Assembly (NCBI GenBank): GCA_964392365.1
Contig: CAYMPH010000011.1
Location: 29,851 to 93,850, forward strand
Direction: 5' to 3'
Source of the DNA: an uncultured Leptospirales bacterium
GTDB lineage: Bacteria; Spirochaetota; UBA4802; UBA5550
DNA: 64,000 nt
Below the pieces are notes generated by a model. That model was not told the DNA's origin. It saw nothing but the letters and a program-made list of their open reading frames with translations, and searched no databases. Within the stretch, counting starts at the first letter, position 1. Each line of letters opens with the position of its first letter. The position numbers and the translations under genes were made by a program. Positions 1 through 10,676 of this stretch are shown here, piece by piece.

Positions 1-499
1 GCTAAAGCCGGGAAATACAGTAAACAGCTCTGTCATGTATGGAGATTTTATAATTCTTGCCGCTGTTTCACTGGTATCAATAAGTACCATATATACAAAA
101 AAAATTATTTCAGATTTTGATCCATATCAGCTTGTCTTATTTCCTATGATATTTTCAGTTTCATTTTACTGGATACTTGCGCTTATTTTTGAAAGCCCTA
201 TGATTTTCAAAATTAATGCAGAAATTATAATTTCAGTTTTGTATCAGAGTATTATTACAGGTTCATTCGGATTTGTAGTATGGAATATTCTCCTTAATAA
301 ATACGGCGCTGTTTCTCTTCACACTTATGTTTTTATTATGCCTGTTGCTGGGGTTTTCTTCAGCTGGCTGATTTTAGGAGAACAGCTTGCGCCTGGAGTT
401 ATAATTACACTTGTACTTGTTTCATTTGGAATAATTATATCTCACATTAAACCCGAAGATCTCCTTTTCTTTCCTTTTAAAAGGGGAGGTAATAAGTGA
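1..499 (+). CDS. DMT/EamA family transporter, 5'-truncated by the window edge
   Basis: Multi-TM protein with EamA C-terminal signature (FIMPVAGVFFSWLILGE). The frame is open upstream of the ATG at 35 back to the window start. Confidence 0.85.
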   Translation, partial: LKPGNTVNSSVMYGDFIILAAVSLVSISTIYTKKIISDFDPYQLVLFPMIFSVSFYWILALIFESPMIFKINAEIIISVLYQSIITGSFGFVVWNILLNKYGAVSLHTYVFIMPVAGVFFSWLILGEQLAPGVIITLVLVSFGIIISHIKPEDLLFFPFKRGGNK

Positions 500-1311
500 A
501 AGGTTTTTTTATTCCGGCATTTTTATTTATTCTGATATCAGCTTCAGCAGCTCAGGAATCTGCAGGCGGAATGCTTTTATCACCTCCGGAAAAAAATTCT
601 CCATTTGGTGTTGATCCTATTATTGTTAAAAGTAAAGAACAGAAGAAATTATTTTTTGAATTGGGTGCCGGGTATAGTTTAAAAATCGGAAATACCAATT
701 CAAATGATATAGATGCAAGTTCTATGATAAAATACAATGACGGACTTTTTGAATTATTAGGTCATGCTGAAATTCATTATGGGGATTTTTCAGGTAAAGT
801 TAGTGAAAATAATTTCAGCTCGTTTCTGAATTTAGATTATTATATTATACCCAGGCTTGAATTCTTTATTTTTTCAAAATTTGAGTATGACAGCATATCC
901 GGAATTGTTTTCAGAAATAATTCCGGAACCGGTCTTAAATTTGTAATCTTTAAAAACTGGTTCTGGCTGATGGATTTAAGTGCAGCTCCTACATTTCAAT
1001 ATGAACTCCGCTCAAATAATACTGAAATTATTGATCCTAGACTTTCATTCAGATACAAGACCAGCCTGCAGCCATTGAAAACAGTTCAGTTTAATTTCAT
1101 ATTATTTTATATTCCAAACATGATTGATTTTTTAAATTACAGGTATGATGTTGATACTTTTATAAAATTCACACTGCTTGAATCTCTGACCGGTATAGGC
1201 ACAGGTCTTTATCTTAATATCGGCTATAAAAGAAAATTCAATTCTATGCCCATTTCAGGAAAACAGAAAGCGGATAATAATTTTTACACAACTCTTTCAG
1301 TTAAGTTTTAA
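496..1311 (+). CDS. DUF481/YdiY-like outer-membrane beta-barrel protein
   Basis: Signal peptide, GNTNS motif after the first strand, alternating beta-strands, C-terminal Phe (LSVKF). Confidence 0.7.
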   Translation: MKGFFIPAFLFILISASAAQESAGGMLLSPPEKNSPFGVDPIIVKSKEQKKLFFELGAGYSLKIGNTNSNDIDASSMIKYNDGLFELLGHAEIHYGDFSGKVSENNFSSFLNLDYYIIPRLEFFIFSKFEYDSISGIVFRNNSGTGLKFVIFKNWFWLMDLSAAPTFQYELRSNNTEIIDPRLSFRYKTSLQPLKTVQFNFILFYIPNMIDFLNYRYDVDTFIKFTLLESLTGIGTGLYLNIGYKRKFNSMPISGKQKADNNFYTTLSVKF

Positions 1312-1620
1312 AAGCAGCTCTATTTTTAATAATGTAAACAAGCTTTAAAAAACACTACTGTTGCAGTTTTTTAATAAAACAGGAGCAATATTTACTGGAA
1401 AATAAAACAAATATTATAATAATGTTATATAAGATGTGAATTTTTTGTTTAGATTTAATTAAAAAATTAAAAACTGTTTGCCAATAATAAGTCTCAATTA
1501 TAATAAGTGAGTAAGTTAATATTTCAGACAATATACTCAAGCAGGAATTTCCTATTGAGTATTGAATTGTTCTTTTAATCTGGTAATTAAAATTATCCGG
1601 CTTTATTGAAGAGGTATATT

Positions 1621-2247
1621 ATGGGATTCAGTTTTTTACCCAAAGAAGAGAAATTCTTTGATCTTTTTGATGATCTCTCGGAAAAGATCGTTACTTCAGC
1701 GCAATATTTTATGGCGATTGTCGAAAAAGGCGATTTTACTGATGAGTCTCTTATGAGAATGCGCCAGCATGAAAATCAGTGCGATGAAATTACTCACGAC
1801 ATAATGAATAAGCTCAATAAAACATTTATTACTCCATTTGACCGCGAAGATATACATTCACTCGCACATGAGCTTGACACAATTGTTGATATAATCCTCA
1901 CAATCACAAACAGAATGAAAATTTATAAAATGTCAGGCCAGGTCGATCAGTACCTTGTTAAATTTTCAGACGTTATTTACAGGGCTGTTCTTGAAATTGC
2001 TAAATCTGTAAATGCTCTGCGTGATCTTAAAAAACCGGATTTGATTCATCAGTACTGTATTGAAGTAAAACAGCTGGAAAATGTAGGCGATCAGATCAGG
2101 GATCATGCAATGGGTGAACTTTTTAATCTAACTGATATGATTCATATAATGAAGTGGAAGGAAATTTATGAGCATGCTGAAAATGTAATTGATCAGTGTG
2201 AAGATGTTGCTAATATTATTTCAACTATTGTAGTGAAGCAGGCGTAA
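1621..2247 (+). CDS. DUF47 (PhoU-like) phosphate transport regulator
   Basis: Motifs FLPKEEKFFDLF, FITPFDREDI and WKEIYE; directly upstream of pit. Start moved to ATG 1621, which has a GAGG RBS. Confidence 0.9.
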   Translation: MGFSFLPKEEKFFDLFDDLSEKIVTSAQYFMAIVEKGDFTDESLMRMRQHENQCDEITHDIMNKLNKTFITPFDREDIHSLAHELDTIVDIILTITNRMKIYKMSGQVDQYLVKFSDVIYRAVLEIAKSVNALRDLKKPDLIHQYCIEVKQLENVGDQIRDHAMGELFNLTDMIHIMKWKEIYEHAENVIDQCEDVANIISTIVVKQA

Positions 2248-2250
2248 GAT

Positions 2251-3231
2251 ATGGAATTATGGATTATTTTTTTAATTGCTCTTGCGCTTCTATTTGATTT
2301 TCTGAACGGATTTCATGACGCTGCGAATTCTATAGCAACTGTTGTATCCACAAGAGTTCTGACGCCTCGCAGAGCAGTTATGTGGGCTGCTTTTTTTAAT
2401 TTTATTGCATTCCTTTTTTTTGGTCTTCATGTTGCAGGCACAATCGGTACAGGTATTGTACATATAGCTTATCTTGATTCAAATATAATATTCGGGACTC
2501 TTATGGGTGCCTGCACATGGAATATTTTAACCTGGTATCTCGGGCTGCCAACCAGTTCTTCTCATGCGTTAATGGGAGGCCTTATCGGATCAGCACTTGT
2601 TAAAGCAGGTCCTCAGGCTCTTGTAGCAGGAGGGATAATAAAGACTGTTGCATTTATTATTATTTCACCGCTTTTTGGAATGCTTCTCGGTTTATTAATA
2701 GGTACTGCTGTATCCTGGGGATTCAGGAAAAAATCCCCTCTCCAGGTGGATCATTTATTCAGGAAAGGGCAGCTTGTTTCAGCTGCTCTTTATAGTCTTG
2801 GGCATGGTGGAAATGATGCCCAGAAAACAATGGGAATAATTGCAGGTTTATTATTCAGTTCCGGATATTTAAAGGGGGAATTCCATATCCCATTATGGGT
2901 AGTTCTTGCATGTCAGGCTGCGATTGCACTTGGTACAATGTTCGGAGGCTGGAGGATCGTTAAAACCATGGGGCAGAAAATTTCCAAGCTCCGTCCGGTT
3001 GACGGTTTCTGTGCTGAAACAGGCGCAGCAGTTTCACTTTTCTTTACTTCGTGGGCAGGAATTCCTGTAAGTACAACTCATACAATTACCGGCTCAATCA
3101 TGGGTGTAGGTTCACTAAAAAGGCTTTCAGCTGTCCGTTGGGGTGTTGCAGGTCAGATTGTCTGGGCGTGGCTTCTCACTATTCCTTGTGTCGCTATTGT
3201 GTCCGCATTCTTTTATTATATCAAAACATAA
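2251..3231 (+). CDS. pit: PiT family inorganic phosphate transporter
   Basis: PiT signatures NGFHDAANSIAT, PTSSSHAL, HGGNDAQK and PVSTTH. Confidence 0.95.
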   Translation: MELWIIFLIALALLFDFLNGFHDAANSIATVVSTRVLTPRRAVMWAAFFNFIAFLFFGLHVAGTIGTGIVHIAYLDSNIIFGTLMGACTWNILTWYLGLPTSSSHALMGGLIGSALVKAGPQALVAGGIIKTVAFIIISPLFGMLLGLLIGTAVSWGFRKKSPLQVDHLFRKGQLVSAALYSLGHGGNDAQKTMGIIAGLLFSSGYLKGEFHIPLWVVLACQAAIALGTMFGGWRIVKTMGQKISKLRPVDGFCAETGAAVSLFFTSWAGIPVSTTHTITGSIMGVGSLKRLSAVRWGVAGQIVWAWLLTIPCVAIVSAFFYYIKT

Positions 3232-3351
3232 CCCTGTATTTCTGGAAAAATTCATTATTATTAATATGATAATTTTTTTTACTTGGAAAAGTATAAAATT
3301 GATATTATTATAAATGAATGAAAAAACTAATAATATATCTGGAGGCTCAAG

Positions 3352-3825
3352 ATGTTTAAAAAAACAGTCTTTAATTTTTCAGTAATTCTTTTTTCAGTAA
3401 TAATTTCCTCTTTAAGTTTCGCAGGAATATTTGATTCGCCAAATCCGGATGATCAGACAGGTCTTGAAAAAAGACCGGCAAATACTGCAAGAATTTATGG
3501 TATAAGCGCTCTTCAAATGGAAGCTATAGTTGAAGTTGACGGCAAAACAGTTAAGGATATTTCTTATGGTTATATTACCATTTATGTAAAACCAGGCAAG
3601 CATTCACTGGTTGTTAAATTGGGAAATAAGCAGACTTTTAAAAATGAAATTACTTTAAAAGCTGATGAGGAATATTTTTTTGTTATTAAGCCTGTTTTAG
3701 GCGGGCAAATGGAATTTGCAGCAGATAAAAGTAAATTTTTTCATTTTTATGATGATTACAGAGGCCGTGCAAAAAATGAAAACCGCAAGCGTGAAAATCA
3801 CGGCATGATTGATCTTTCAAATTAG
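3352..3825 (+). CDS. Secreted hypothetical protein, DUF2846-like beta-sandwich
   Basis: Signal peptide; VDGK..V....YG.....VKPGKH pattern; GGAGG RBS. Confidence 0.55.
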   Translation: MFKKTVFNFSVILFSVIISSLSFAGIFDSPNPDDQTGLEKRPANTARIYGISALQMEAIVEVDGKTVKDISYGYITIYVKPGKHSLVVKLGNKQTFKNEITLKADEEYFFVIKPVLGGQMEFAADKSKFFHFYDDYRGRAKNENRKRENHGMIDLSN

Positions 3826-3843
3826 ATTTAATATAAAGATTTT

Positions 3844-4101
3844 TTGAATTCAGATATTTTAAAATCGCTGCAGGTCATTCCGGGTATCGGAAAATCAATA
3901 TCCGTTGATTTATACGATCTCGGAATTATGTCAGTGAAAGATTTAAACGGAGCTGATCCGGAATTTTTGTTTGATAAGCTCTGTGTAATAAGAAAAGTTA
4001 AAATCGACAGATGCGTTTTGTATACTTTCCGATGTGCAGTTTATTTTGCATCAAATAAAAAGCATGATCCTGAAAAGCTTAAATGGTGGAACTGGAAATA
4101 A
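3844..4101 (+). CDS. Cdd1-like helix-hairpin-helix protein
   Basis: LQVIPGIGKS HhH motif, DRCVLYTFRCAVY and KWWNWK are typical of the Cdd1/'pathogenicity locus' family. Confidence 0.85.
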   Translation: MNSDILKSLQVIPGIGKSISVDLYDLGIMSVKDLNGADPEFLFDKLCVIRKVKIDRCVLYTFRCAVYFASNKKHDPEKLKWWNWK

Positions 4102-4115
4102 AATATCATCATGGT

Positions 4116-4754
4116 TTATTTTTTTTCGTGATGATATTTCCATATTCTCCAGCTGATATATCCAGCAAGTGCCGCGACTATAATTATACCTGCAATCAGG
4201 TTGTATTTTGATAAAATGGCAGCAAAGTTTTTTTTGACCACATCCCAGTTATTCCCAAGCATAAAACCGGCCTGAATCCATATAAAATTCCATGCTCCGG
4301 CACTTATAAGTGAAAGAAAAAAAACTTTCAAAGGACTTAGATTTGAAATTCCGCTTACGATTGATATAACAGAGCGTACTCCTGGCAGAAACCTGTTCCC
4401 GAGAATTACAAAAAAACCATATTTATCGAACCATTTTTCAGCAGCTTTTATGCTCTGGACAGAAAAATATTTATAATCTTTCTGTAAAAAGAATTCCCTT
4501 TCCAGATATCTGCCGAGGAAAAAAAGCGACATGAATCCTATTACGCTTCCTGCAGTAGTAGATATATAAACAAGAGCGTAATTTAATCTGCCGGTACCAA
4601 CCAGGAAAGCGCCGAAAGCTGTTATTGTGTCTCCAGGTATTGGCGGAAATAGATTTTCAACTATAGCACTTAAAAAAAGGAAGAAATATAAAAACAAATC
4701 ACTTTGAGGAAGAAGAATTTCCAGCAGTTTATCTAATATATCTTCCATATTCAA
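4116..4754 (-). CDS. dedA: DedA family membrane protein
   Basis: ENLFPPIPGD and RFLPGVR DedA motifs. Confidence 0.9.
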   Translation of the reverse strand: MNMEDILDKLLEILLPQSDLFLYFFLFLSAIVENLFPPIPGDTITAFGAFLVGTGRLNYALVYISTTAGSVIGFMSLFFLGRYLEREFFLQKDYKYFSVQSIKAAEKWFDKYGFFVILGNRFLPGVRSVISIVSGISNLSPLKVFFLSLISAGAWNFIWIQAGFMLGNNWDVVKKNFAAILSKYNLIAGIIIVAALAGYISWRIWKYHHEKK

Positions 4755-6554
4755 TTACCCTATCCGTTTTTTCAAATTTTCATATTCAGTCATGAGTTCT
4801 TTAGGGAGTCTGTCTCCATATGATTCAAAATATTCTTTTATACCTGGAAGTTCGTTTCTCCATTCGTTAATATCAACATGCAATGCCTCATTAACTTCTG
4901 ATTCAGAAATTTTAAGCCCATTAATATCTATTGAATCTTTCATAGGAAGAAACCCGATTGGAGATTCATCAGCTTTAATATTGCCGCTAACCCGCTCGAT
5001 AACCCATTTTAAAACACGGCTGTTCTCGCCGTAACCCGGCCAGAGCCATTTGCCTTCTTTGGATTTTCTGAACCAGTTTACGTAAAAAATTTTCGGCAGT
5101 TTTGAGCTATCGGATTTTTTACCTGTGTTTATCCAATGTTTGAAATAATCTCCCATATGATATCCGCAAAATGGCAGCATTGCAAATGGATCGCGTCTGA
5201 GATTTCCTACAGCACCTTGCTGTGCTGCAGTAGTTTCACTTGCTACAATAGACCCAAGGAAAACTCCGTGATTCCAGCTGAGAGATTCGTGTATCAGCGG
5301 AACTACGCTTGATCTGCGTCCGCCGAATAAAATAGCGGAAATTGGAACGCCTTTTGGATCCTCCCATGCTGCATCTATTACAGGGCACTGGGATGCAGGA
5401 GCCGTGAATCTCGCATTAGGATGAGATGAAGGCTTAGGAGAAGCAGGAGTCCATTCATTGCCGTTCCAGTCTGTCAGTTTTGCAGGCGGAACATCGGTCA
5501 TCTGCTCCCACCATACATCGTTATCCGGGGTCAGAGCAACATTTGTGAAAATTGAATTTTTATTAAGGGAAAGCATTGCATTAGGATTAGACTGCATGGA
5601 AGTACCGGGTGCAACACCGAAAAATCCGGCTTCAGGATTTATCGCATAGAGTCTGCCGTCTGCGCCGAATTTCATCCACGCAATGTCATCGCCAACGCAC
5701 TCGACTTTCCAGCCGGGAATTGTAGGTATAAGCATTGCAAGATTAGTTTTTCCGCAAGCGCTTGGAAATGCTGCAGCTATATATTTTTTTTCTCCGGTTG
5801 GAGGAGTTATTCCAAGTATAAGCATATGCTCAGCAAGCCAGCCTTCCTCTTTTGCCATAACTGAAGCAATCCTAAGAGCAAAACATTTTTTCCCGAGAAG
5901 AGCGTTTCCGCCGTAACCGCTTCCAAAAGACCAGATCATTTTTTCTTCAGGGAAGTGGGAAATATATTTATTATCCGCATTGCAAGGCCATGGAACATCC
6001 TTTTCGCCCGGCTGAAGAGGTTTGCCTACAGAGTGAAGGCATTTTACAAACTCGCCGTTATCGCCGAGAATGTCCAGAACAGCTTTTCCCATTCTTGTCA
6101 TGATTCTCATATTAACTGCAACATATCCTGAATCGGAAAGTTCAACGCCTATGTGGGAAATGTTTGATCCAAGTGGTCCCATGCTGAAAGGAATAACATA
6201 CATTGTCCGGCCTTTCATACAGCCTTTGTATAAACCCTTGAGAATGCTTTTCATTTCATCCGGGGATTTCCAGTTATTGGTCGGGCCTGCATCATCCTTG
6301 TTTTTTGAGCAGATGAAGGTTCTGTCTTCAACCCTTGCTACATCACCCGGATCTGATTTAGCGTAAAAGCTGTTTGGTTTTTTACTCTCATTAAGTTTGA
6401 TAAATGTGCCGCCTGCAACAAGTTCTGCAGTTATTTTATCATATTCTTCCTGCGAGCCGTTGCACCAGTAAATGCTGGCCGGCTCGCACATTGCAGCCAT
6501 TTCATTCACCCAGTTAATCAGTTTTTTGTTGTTAGTCATGTTTGTATCAGCCAT
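4755..6554 (-). CDS. pckG: Phosphoenolpyruvate carboxykinase (GTP)
   Basis: [39 protein letters not shown] and HPNARF motifs. Confidence 0.98.
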   Translation of the reverse strand: MADTNMTNNKKLINWVNEMAAMCEPASIYWCNGSQEEYDKITAELVAGGTFIKLNESKKPNSFYAKSDPGDVARVEDRTFICSKNKDDAGPTNNWKSPDEMKSILKGLYKGCMKGRTMYVIPFSMGPLGSNISHIGVELSDSGYVAVNMRIMTRMGKAVLDILGDNGEFVKCLHSVGKPLQPGEKDVPWPCNADNKYISHFPEEKMIWSFGSGYGGNALLGKKCFALRIASVMAKEEGWLAEHMLILGITPPTGEKKYIAAAFPSACGKTNLAMLIPTIPGWKVECVGDDIAWMKFGADGRLYAINPEAGFFGVAPGTSMQSNPNAMLSLNKNSIFTNVALTPDNDVWWEQMTDVPPAKLTDWNGNEWTPASPKPSSHPNARFTAPASQCPVIDAAWEDPKGVPISAILFGGRRSSVVPLIHESLSWNHGVFLGSIVASETTAAQQGAVGNLRRDPFAMLPFCGYHMGDYFKHWINTGKKSDSSKLPKIFYVNWFRKSKEGKWLWPGYGENSRVLKWVIERVSGNIKADESPIGFLPMKDSIDINGLKISESEVNEALHVDINEWRNELPGIKEYFESYGDRLPKELMTEYENLKKRIG

Positions 6555-7172
6555 TTTGTTATTTTCCTCATTTATATGTTTTAATTAAAAATCTTACTAA
6601 AATTAAGATGCTAAAGTTTTATAAATTTCACCTCAAGCCTGCTTAATAATTTACATCTGTAAATATATTCCTCGAGTGCTCCAGATTTTCTCAGGAGTAT
6701 ATATTTTCTGTTCCTCAATAGATTGATTAAGAGCGGCTGGTGAAAAAAGGATCATGTAAAGAACTAACAGCATTTTGATTTTAATCCATCTAATGCAGAA
6801 GGATAGAATCTATTCCCTAAATTGTGCCTGTTTTTAATCAAGCAAATAACAAAAATATTAAATATTTTTTAGATTTTTTCCTGGTTTTTATATACTTTAT
6901 AATCAGGAATTCCGGTCAAATTCTATGCTTAAATATTGTTTTTTTATAAAAAAATTGATGTGAGATGATCAATTTTTTGTTGATTAATTTAAATTAATAA
7001 GTTCTATATTATTACACTATATTATTAATTAATGGTATTATATTATAGATGCTAAAAAAATTATAAATATTCGCAATTTACAGGGAAATAAACTATTTAA
7101 TCTCGGGAATTTTTTAAAGCTTTTATCTTGAATTCCCTAAAATTATCCCCTAAAGTGAATAAGGAGGATTTA

Positions 7173-8141
7173 ATGAAAAAGATATTTTTACTGATAACAG
7201 CAGCGGCAGTTGCAGCAGCGGTTATTTCATGTTCTAAAAAAGAAGCCCTTGATATGTCACAGGGAGTTATTACATTTACTGCCGGTGAAGTTGCTGTAAA
7301 TGGCGCACCTGCTACAGTGGGAATGCCTATTAAAAAAGCTGACGAGATTAAAACAGGCGATAAATCTATTGCTGTTCTTCAGTTCGGCCAATTGGCTCTT
7401 ATCACCATTAAAAGCAATTCAAAACTCAGAGCTGATAATATTGTGACAAAAAAAGATGCTGAGCAGATTGAACTTTCTCAGTCTGAAGGCTCATCATTCA
7501 GCAAGATTGTTAAAAAAGGTACAGATTATAAAATCAATACACCAACAGCTGTTGCGTCTGTGCGTGGAACTTCCTTTGAGCTTTCAACAACAGGCAGCAA
7601 ATCAAAAATTATCATGCTTACTGGAAATGTGAAGGTTGCTCCTATTATTGACGGAAAAGTTGATATGGATAAGGCTGTTTCAGTTGATGCAGGCCAGACA
7701 ATTGAATCAACAAAAGAAAAGATGACTGTTCCGGAAAAGATAACTGTTGCAGAAAAAGAAAAGCTTGAGCAGTTCGATAAGATATCACTTGTTCCGGATG
7801 TTGAAACAGTCACCATGAAGAAACCTCAGGCTCAAATTGATTCCAAAGATCTGAAAGAAATGGATAAAGCATCAATGATTGTTGTGCCTGAAAATCTTGT
7901 AACTGTAATTATTAAAATTGAAGAGAAAGATCAGCTTAATAAAGAAGAAGTTCAGATGCCGATGACAATTGACGAGCTTTCTAAAAAATACGGACAGCTT
8001 TCAATAGTTTCACTTAAAGACGGCAAGCAGTATATCGGCGCATTCAGCCAGAAAGGCAATCGTATGGAGATCATAACTCTTGGTGGAACAATAACGCTTG
8101 ATCCTGTTAAGGTTGAAAAGATCAGCAGATTTAAGCAGTAA
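7173..8141 (+). CDS. LipL45-like FecR-domain lipoprotein
   Basis: Lipobox VISC, FecR motif TPTAVASVRGTSF and a small C-terminal LKDG beta domain. Start at ATG 7173 with AAGGAGG RBS. Confidence 0.75.
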   Translation: MKKIFLLITAAAVAAAVISCSKKEALDMSQGVITFTAGEVAVNGAPATVGMPIKKADEIKTGDKSIAVLQFGQLALITIKSNSKLRADNIVTKKDAEQIELSQSEGSSFSKIVKKGTDYKINTPTAVASVRGTSFELSTTGSKSKIIMLTGNVKVAPIIDGKVDMDKAVSVDAGQTIESTKEKMTVPEKITVAEKEKLEQFDKISLVPDVETVTMKKPQAQIDSKDLKEMDKASMIVVPENLVTVIIKIEEKDQLNKEEVQMPMTIDELSKKYGQLSIVSLKDGKQYIGAFSQKGNRMEIITLGGTITLDPVKVEKISRFKQ

Positions 8142-8183
8142 AAATTAAAAACGCATAAAATTATATATTGACACATAAGTAAA

Positions 8184-8219
8184 AAAAGCACAGAGATATT
8201 ATTATATTTCTGTGCTTTT
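8184..8219 (+). terminator. Probable intrinsic terminator
   Basis: AAAAGCACAGAGATAT-loop-ATATTTCTGTGCTTTT stem downstream of the FecR lipoprotein gene. Confidence 0.7.
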
Positions 8220-8254
8220 GAATTTGTTTTTCATTTGAAAATAAAGGAAAAATT

Positions 8255-9415
8255 ATGGTGTCAACAACTGTGAAAAAAGTAATTTTATCCGGATTGATAA
8301 TTCTTTCTGCTTCTTTATTATTATCCGCAGCTGAGAAAAAAGATACCCTCGCAAATGTTGCTGTTTTAAACTACATTAATAATACCGGCAGTAGAAACTA
8401 TGAGTGGCTCGAGAGAAGCCTCGGAGATGCTGTATTTGAATCAATGAAAGCTGTTTTTGATTTTAACAGAATCAAGCCTTCTGATGCTGAAAATATTGCT
8501 AAAAGCAGATTAAAACCGGGCAAAAAAGCCTCTTCCGGTGATGTAAATTATATTGCTGATAAAACCAAAGCAGACATTGTTGTTTTCGGCGAGTATGATT
8601 ATGATAAAACAAATAACACGATTTTAATTACAACAAAAATCTATCATGCTTCACGAAATGATATTACAAGTGAAATTAAAACGGATTCAAAAGCTGATAA
8701 TACTCTTTTTCAGGTTGTTGATAAGGTTGCAGGAGAAATTGTAACACATATATCCGTTGTTGCAAAAGAAGATATTGCGAGAATGCTTGAGAATGCAACC
8801 AAGGAAGAGAGAACTAAAAAACTGGCTCAGGCTGCTTATAAAGGAAAAATAACTCTGCAGAGTGCAGAATCTTTAAAAACATTTTCTTCAGTTTATTTTA
8901 CTATAACTCCAATAGTTTCAATTCCGCTTGGGGTTTTAGCTGAGGGTTTTATCACTGGTGTAGGCGCTGGTGTAACAATGACAAATTCGTTTTCTTCATT
9001 TCTGCAGTTCGGCGGTTCAATCAACTGGATTGATCAGATACCTAGCGGAACAAGCACATTCAGTCAGTTCGGTATGATGATGTTTAACTTTCAGGGCTTT
9101 ATAGGACTGAACTGGAATATAAAAAATACAGTTTTCCTGCAGCCGTATTTTCAGGCAGGTGTCGGACTTGAGGCAGCTGCAAAAATGGAGCTGACACCCA
9201 CAGGAGGCAACCCTCCATATAAAAGAACAGATGTTGTAAATACCTATCTTGATGTGCTTGTTACACTGGGTTTTAGAATGCCTATCCGGGCAGGCAGGGA
9301 TGTTTTTGTAACGCCTTTTGTTGAATTCACATACATACCGAATGTAAACCAGAATGCTGTTGCAAGCAGGGTTTTCATGGGACTCATTAATTTTGGTGTT
9401 GGAGTGAGTTTGTAA
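8255..9415 (+). CDS. Outer-membrane protein: TolB-N/FlgO/CsgG-like N-terminal domain plus C-terminal beta-barrel
   Basis: Signal peptide; VAVLNYINNTG..YEWL and ADIVVFGEY resemble the TolB-N/FlgO fold; amphipathic strands end in FGVGVSL. Confidence 0.6.
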   Translation: MVSTTVKKVILSGLIILSASLLLSAAEKKDTLANVAVLNYINNTGSRNYEWLERSLGDAVFESMKAVFDFNRIKPSDAENIAKSRLKPGKKASSGDVNYIADKTKADIVVFGEYDYDKTNNTILITTKIYHASRNDITSEIKTDSKADNTLFQVVDKVAGEIVTHISVVAKEDIARMLENATKEERTKKLAQAAYKGKITLQSAESLKTFSSVYFTITPIVSIPLGVLAEGFITGVGAGVTMTNSFSSFLQFGGSINWIDQIPSGTSTFSQFGMMMFNFQGFIGLNWNIKNTVFLQPYFQAGVGLEAAAKMELTPTGGNPPYKRTDVVNTYLDVLVTLGFRMPIRAGRDVFVTPFVEFTYIPNVNQNAVASRVFMGLINFGVGVSL

Positions 9416-9416
9416 A

Positions 9417-10034
9417 ATGAAGAAAATTATTTTTAGTTTAATTTTGTTCTTTGTTGTAGGATTTTTGTCCTGCTCCATGTGGGACGATGTGGATAAGAAT
9501 GCTGCGTTTGAAATTCCTGTTGCTGAGAACATTAATGTGACAACGGTATTAAATTCAGCTCAATGGGTAGACATTCCATTATTTCTAAAAAATGATAAAA
9601 GCAAAAATTCCGCTAGTCAATATGCAATTAATTTTGTTAAGATTGCAACAAACAAAGATAAAACAAAATTATTATTTTATGTTGAGATGAATGGATCAGC
9701 AAATATTTGGCCTCCATACTATATAATTAATTTATCGAATGATTATACATGCTCAGGATATGTTATTGAGACTACTATAGGTTCAGCTTCCCCTGAATTT
9801 TATGGCAAATTGTGTTCCACTGTAGCAGTGTCTTCAACAATTGGATTGACAACTACTTTAACTGCAGGTTCATCTAGTGCTTATGAAGTATCAATTGATA
9901 TGCCAACAGCAGGCTTTTCTTTAAATAGTTTTTTTTTAGTATCGGTTTATGCATCTAGTGCGGCAATTCCGGCATCAACCCCTGCAAGTTTTACCGGCAG
10001 TTCAACAACTGCCCGCTGGGCTAAACTCAAGTAA
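9417..10034 (+). CDS. Lipoprotein, tandem paralog 1 of 3
   Basis: Lipobox FLSC followed by SMWDDVDK; shares DYxCxG and C-terminal RWxK with the next two genes. Confidence 0.8.
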   Translation: MKKIIFSLILFFVVGFLSCSMWDDVDKNAAFEIPVAENINVTTVLNSAQWVDIPLFLKNDKSKNSASQYAINFVKIATNKDKTKLLFYVEMNGSANIWPPYYIINLSNDYTCSGYVIETTIGSASPEFYGKLCSTVAVSSTIGLTTTLTAGSSSAYEVSIDMPTAGFSLNSFFLVSVYASSAAIPASTPASFTGSSTTARWAKLK

Positions 10035-10038
10035 ATAT

Positions 10039-10656
10039 ATGTTAAAAAAAATAATTATATTATCAGCCTTGTTTTTTATAATAGGAATTTCATCGTGTTC
10101 CATGTGGGATGATGTGGATAAGAATTCCCCATTAATTATTCCTGTAGCTAATATTAATATTATAAGTGGTGGAGTACCAAATCCTTCTCAGTGGAATGAT
10201 GTTCCTGTATTATTTGATATTTTTACTGGAACTGCTATTATGATAAGTCAGGATTTAACCGAAATAAAAATTGCTACAAATTTAACTCATGACATTTTAT
10301 ATTTTAAAATAAAATCAAGTTCTAATATTGATATGACTACAGGCGCTACTGACTTTGTTATATTATTTGCTTCAGATTATAATTGCTCTGGAAAAAAAAT
10401 AATATTATCCTGGAATATGTATAGCATTTTTAACTTATGCGATGTTAATGCTGTTCCAGGAACAAATTATGTACAACCAGTATTATATGCTTCAGGAACA
10501 GGGCCAAATATTTTTGTAGAATTTTTTATTAATTTAAAAGCTACGGGATTAAATCTTCCAAAAAATTTTATGGTAAGTGTATATTCTACAGGGACAGCTT
10601 TTCCTCTATCACCAAATAAATCATCACGTTTTAGATGGGTTAAATTTTCTGATTAA
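10039..10656 (+). CDS. Lipoprotein, tandem paralog 2 of 3
   Basis: Start reassigned to ATG 10039 (MLKKIII...ISSCSMWDDVDK). Confidence 0.8.
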   Translation: MLKKIIILSALFFIIGISSCSMWDDVDKNSPLIIPVANINIISGGVPNPSQWNDVPVLFDIFTGTAIMISQDLTEIKIATNLTHDILYFKIKSSSNIDMTTGATDFVILFASDYNCSGKKIILSWNMYSIFNLCDVNAVPGTNYVQPVLYASGTGPNIFVEFFINLKATGLNLPKNFMVSVYSTGTAFPLSPNKSSRFRWVKFSD

Positions 10657-10676
10657 ATTTGGTTATAAATAAAGCA

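Noticed and set aside
9949-10038. Extended start of lipoprotein paralog 2
   Set aside because: It overlaps paralog 1; the signal peptide begins at 10039, matching the other paralogs.
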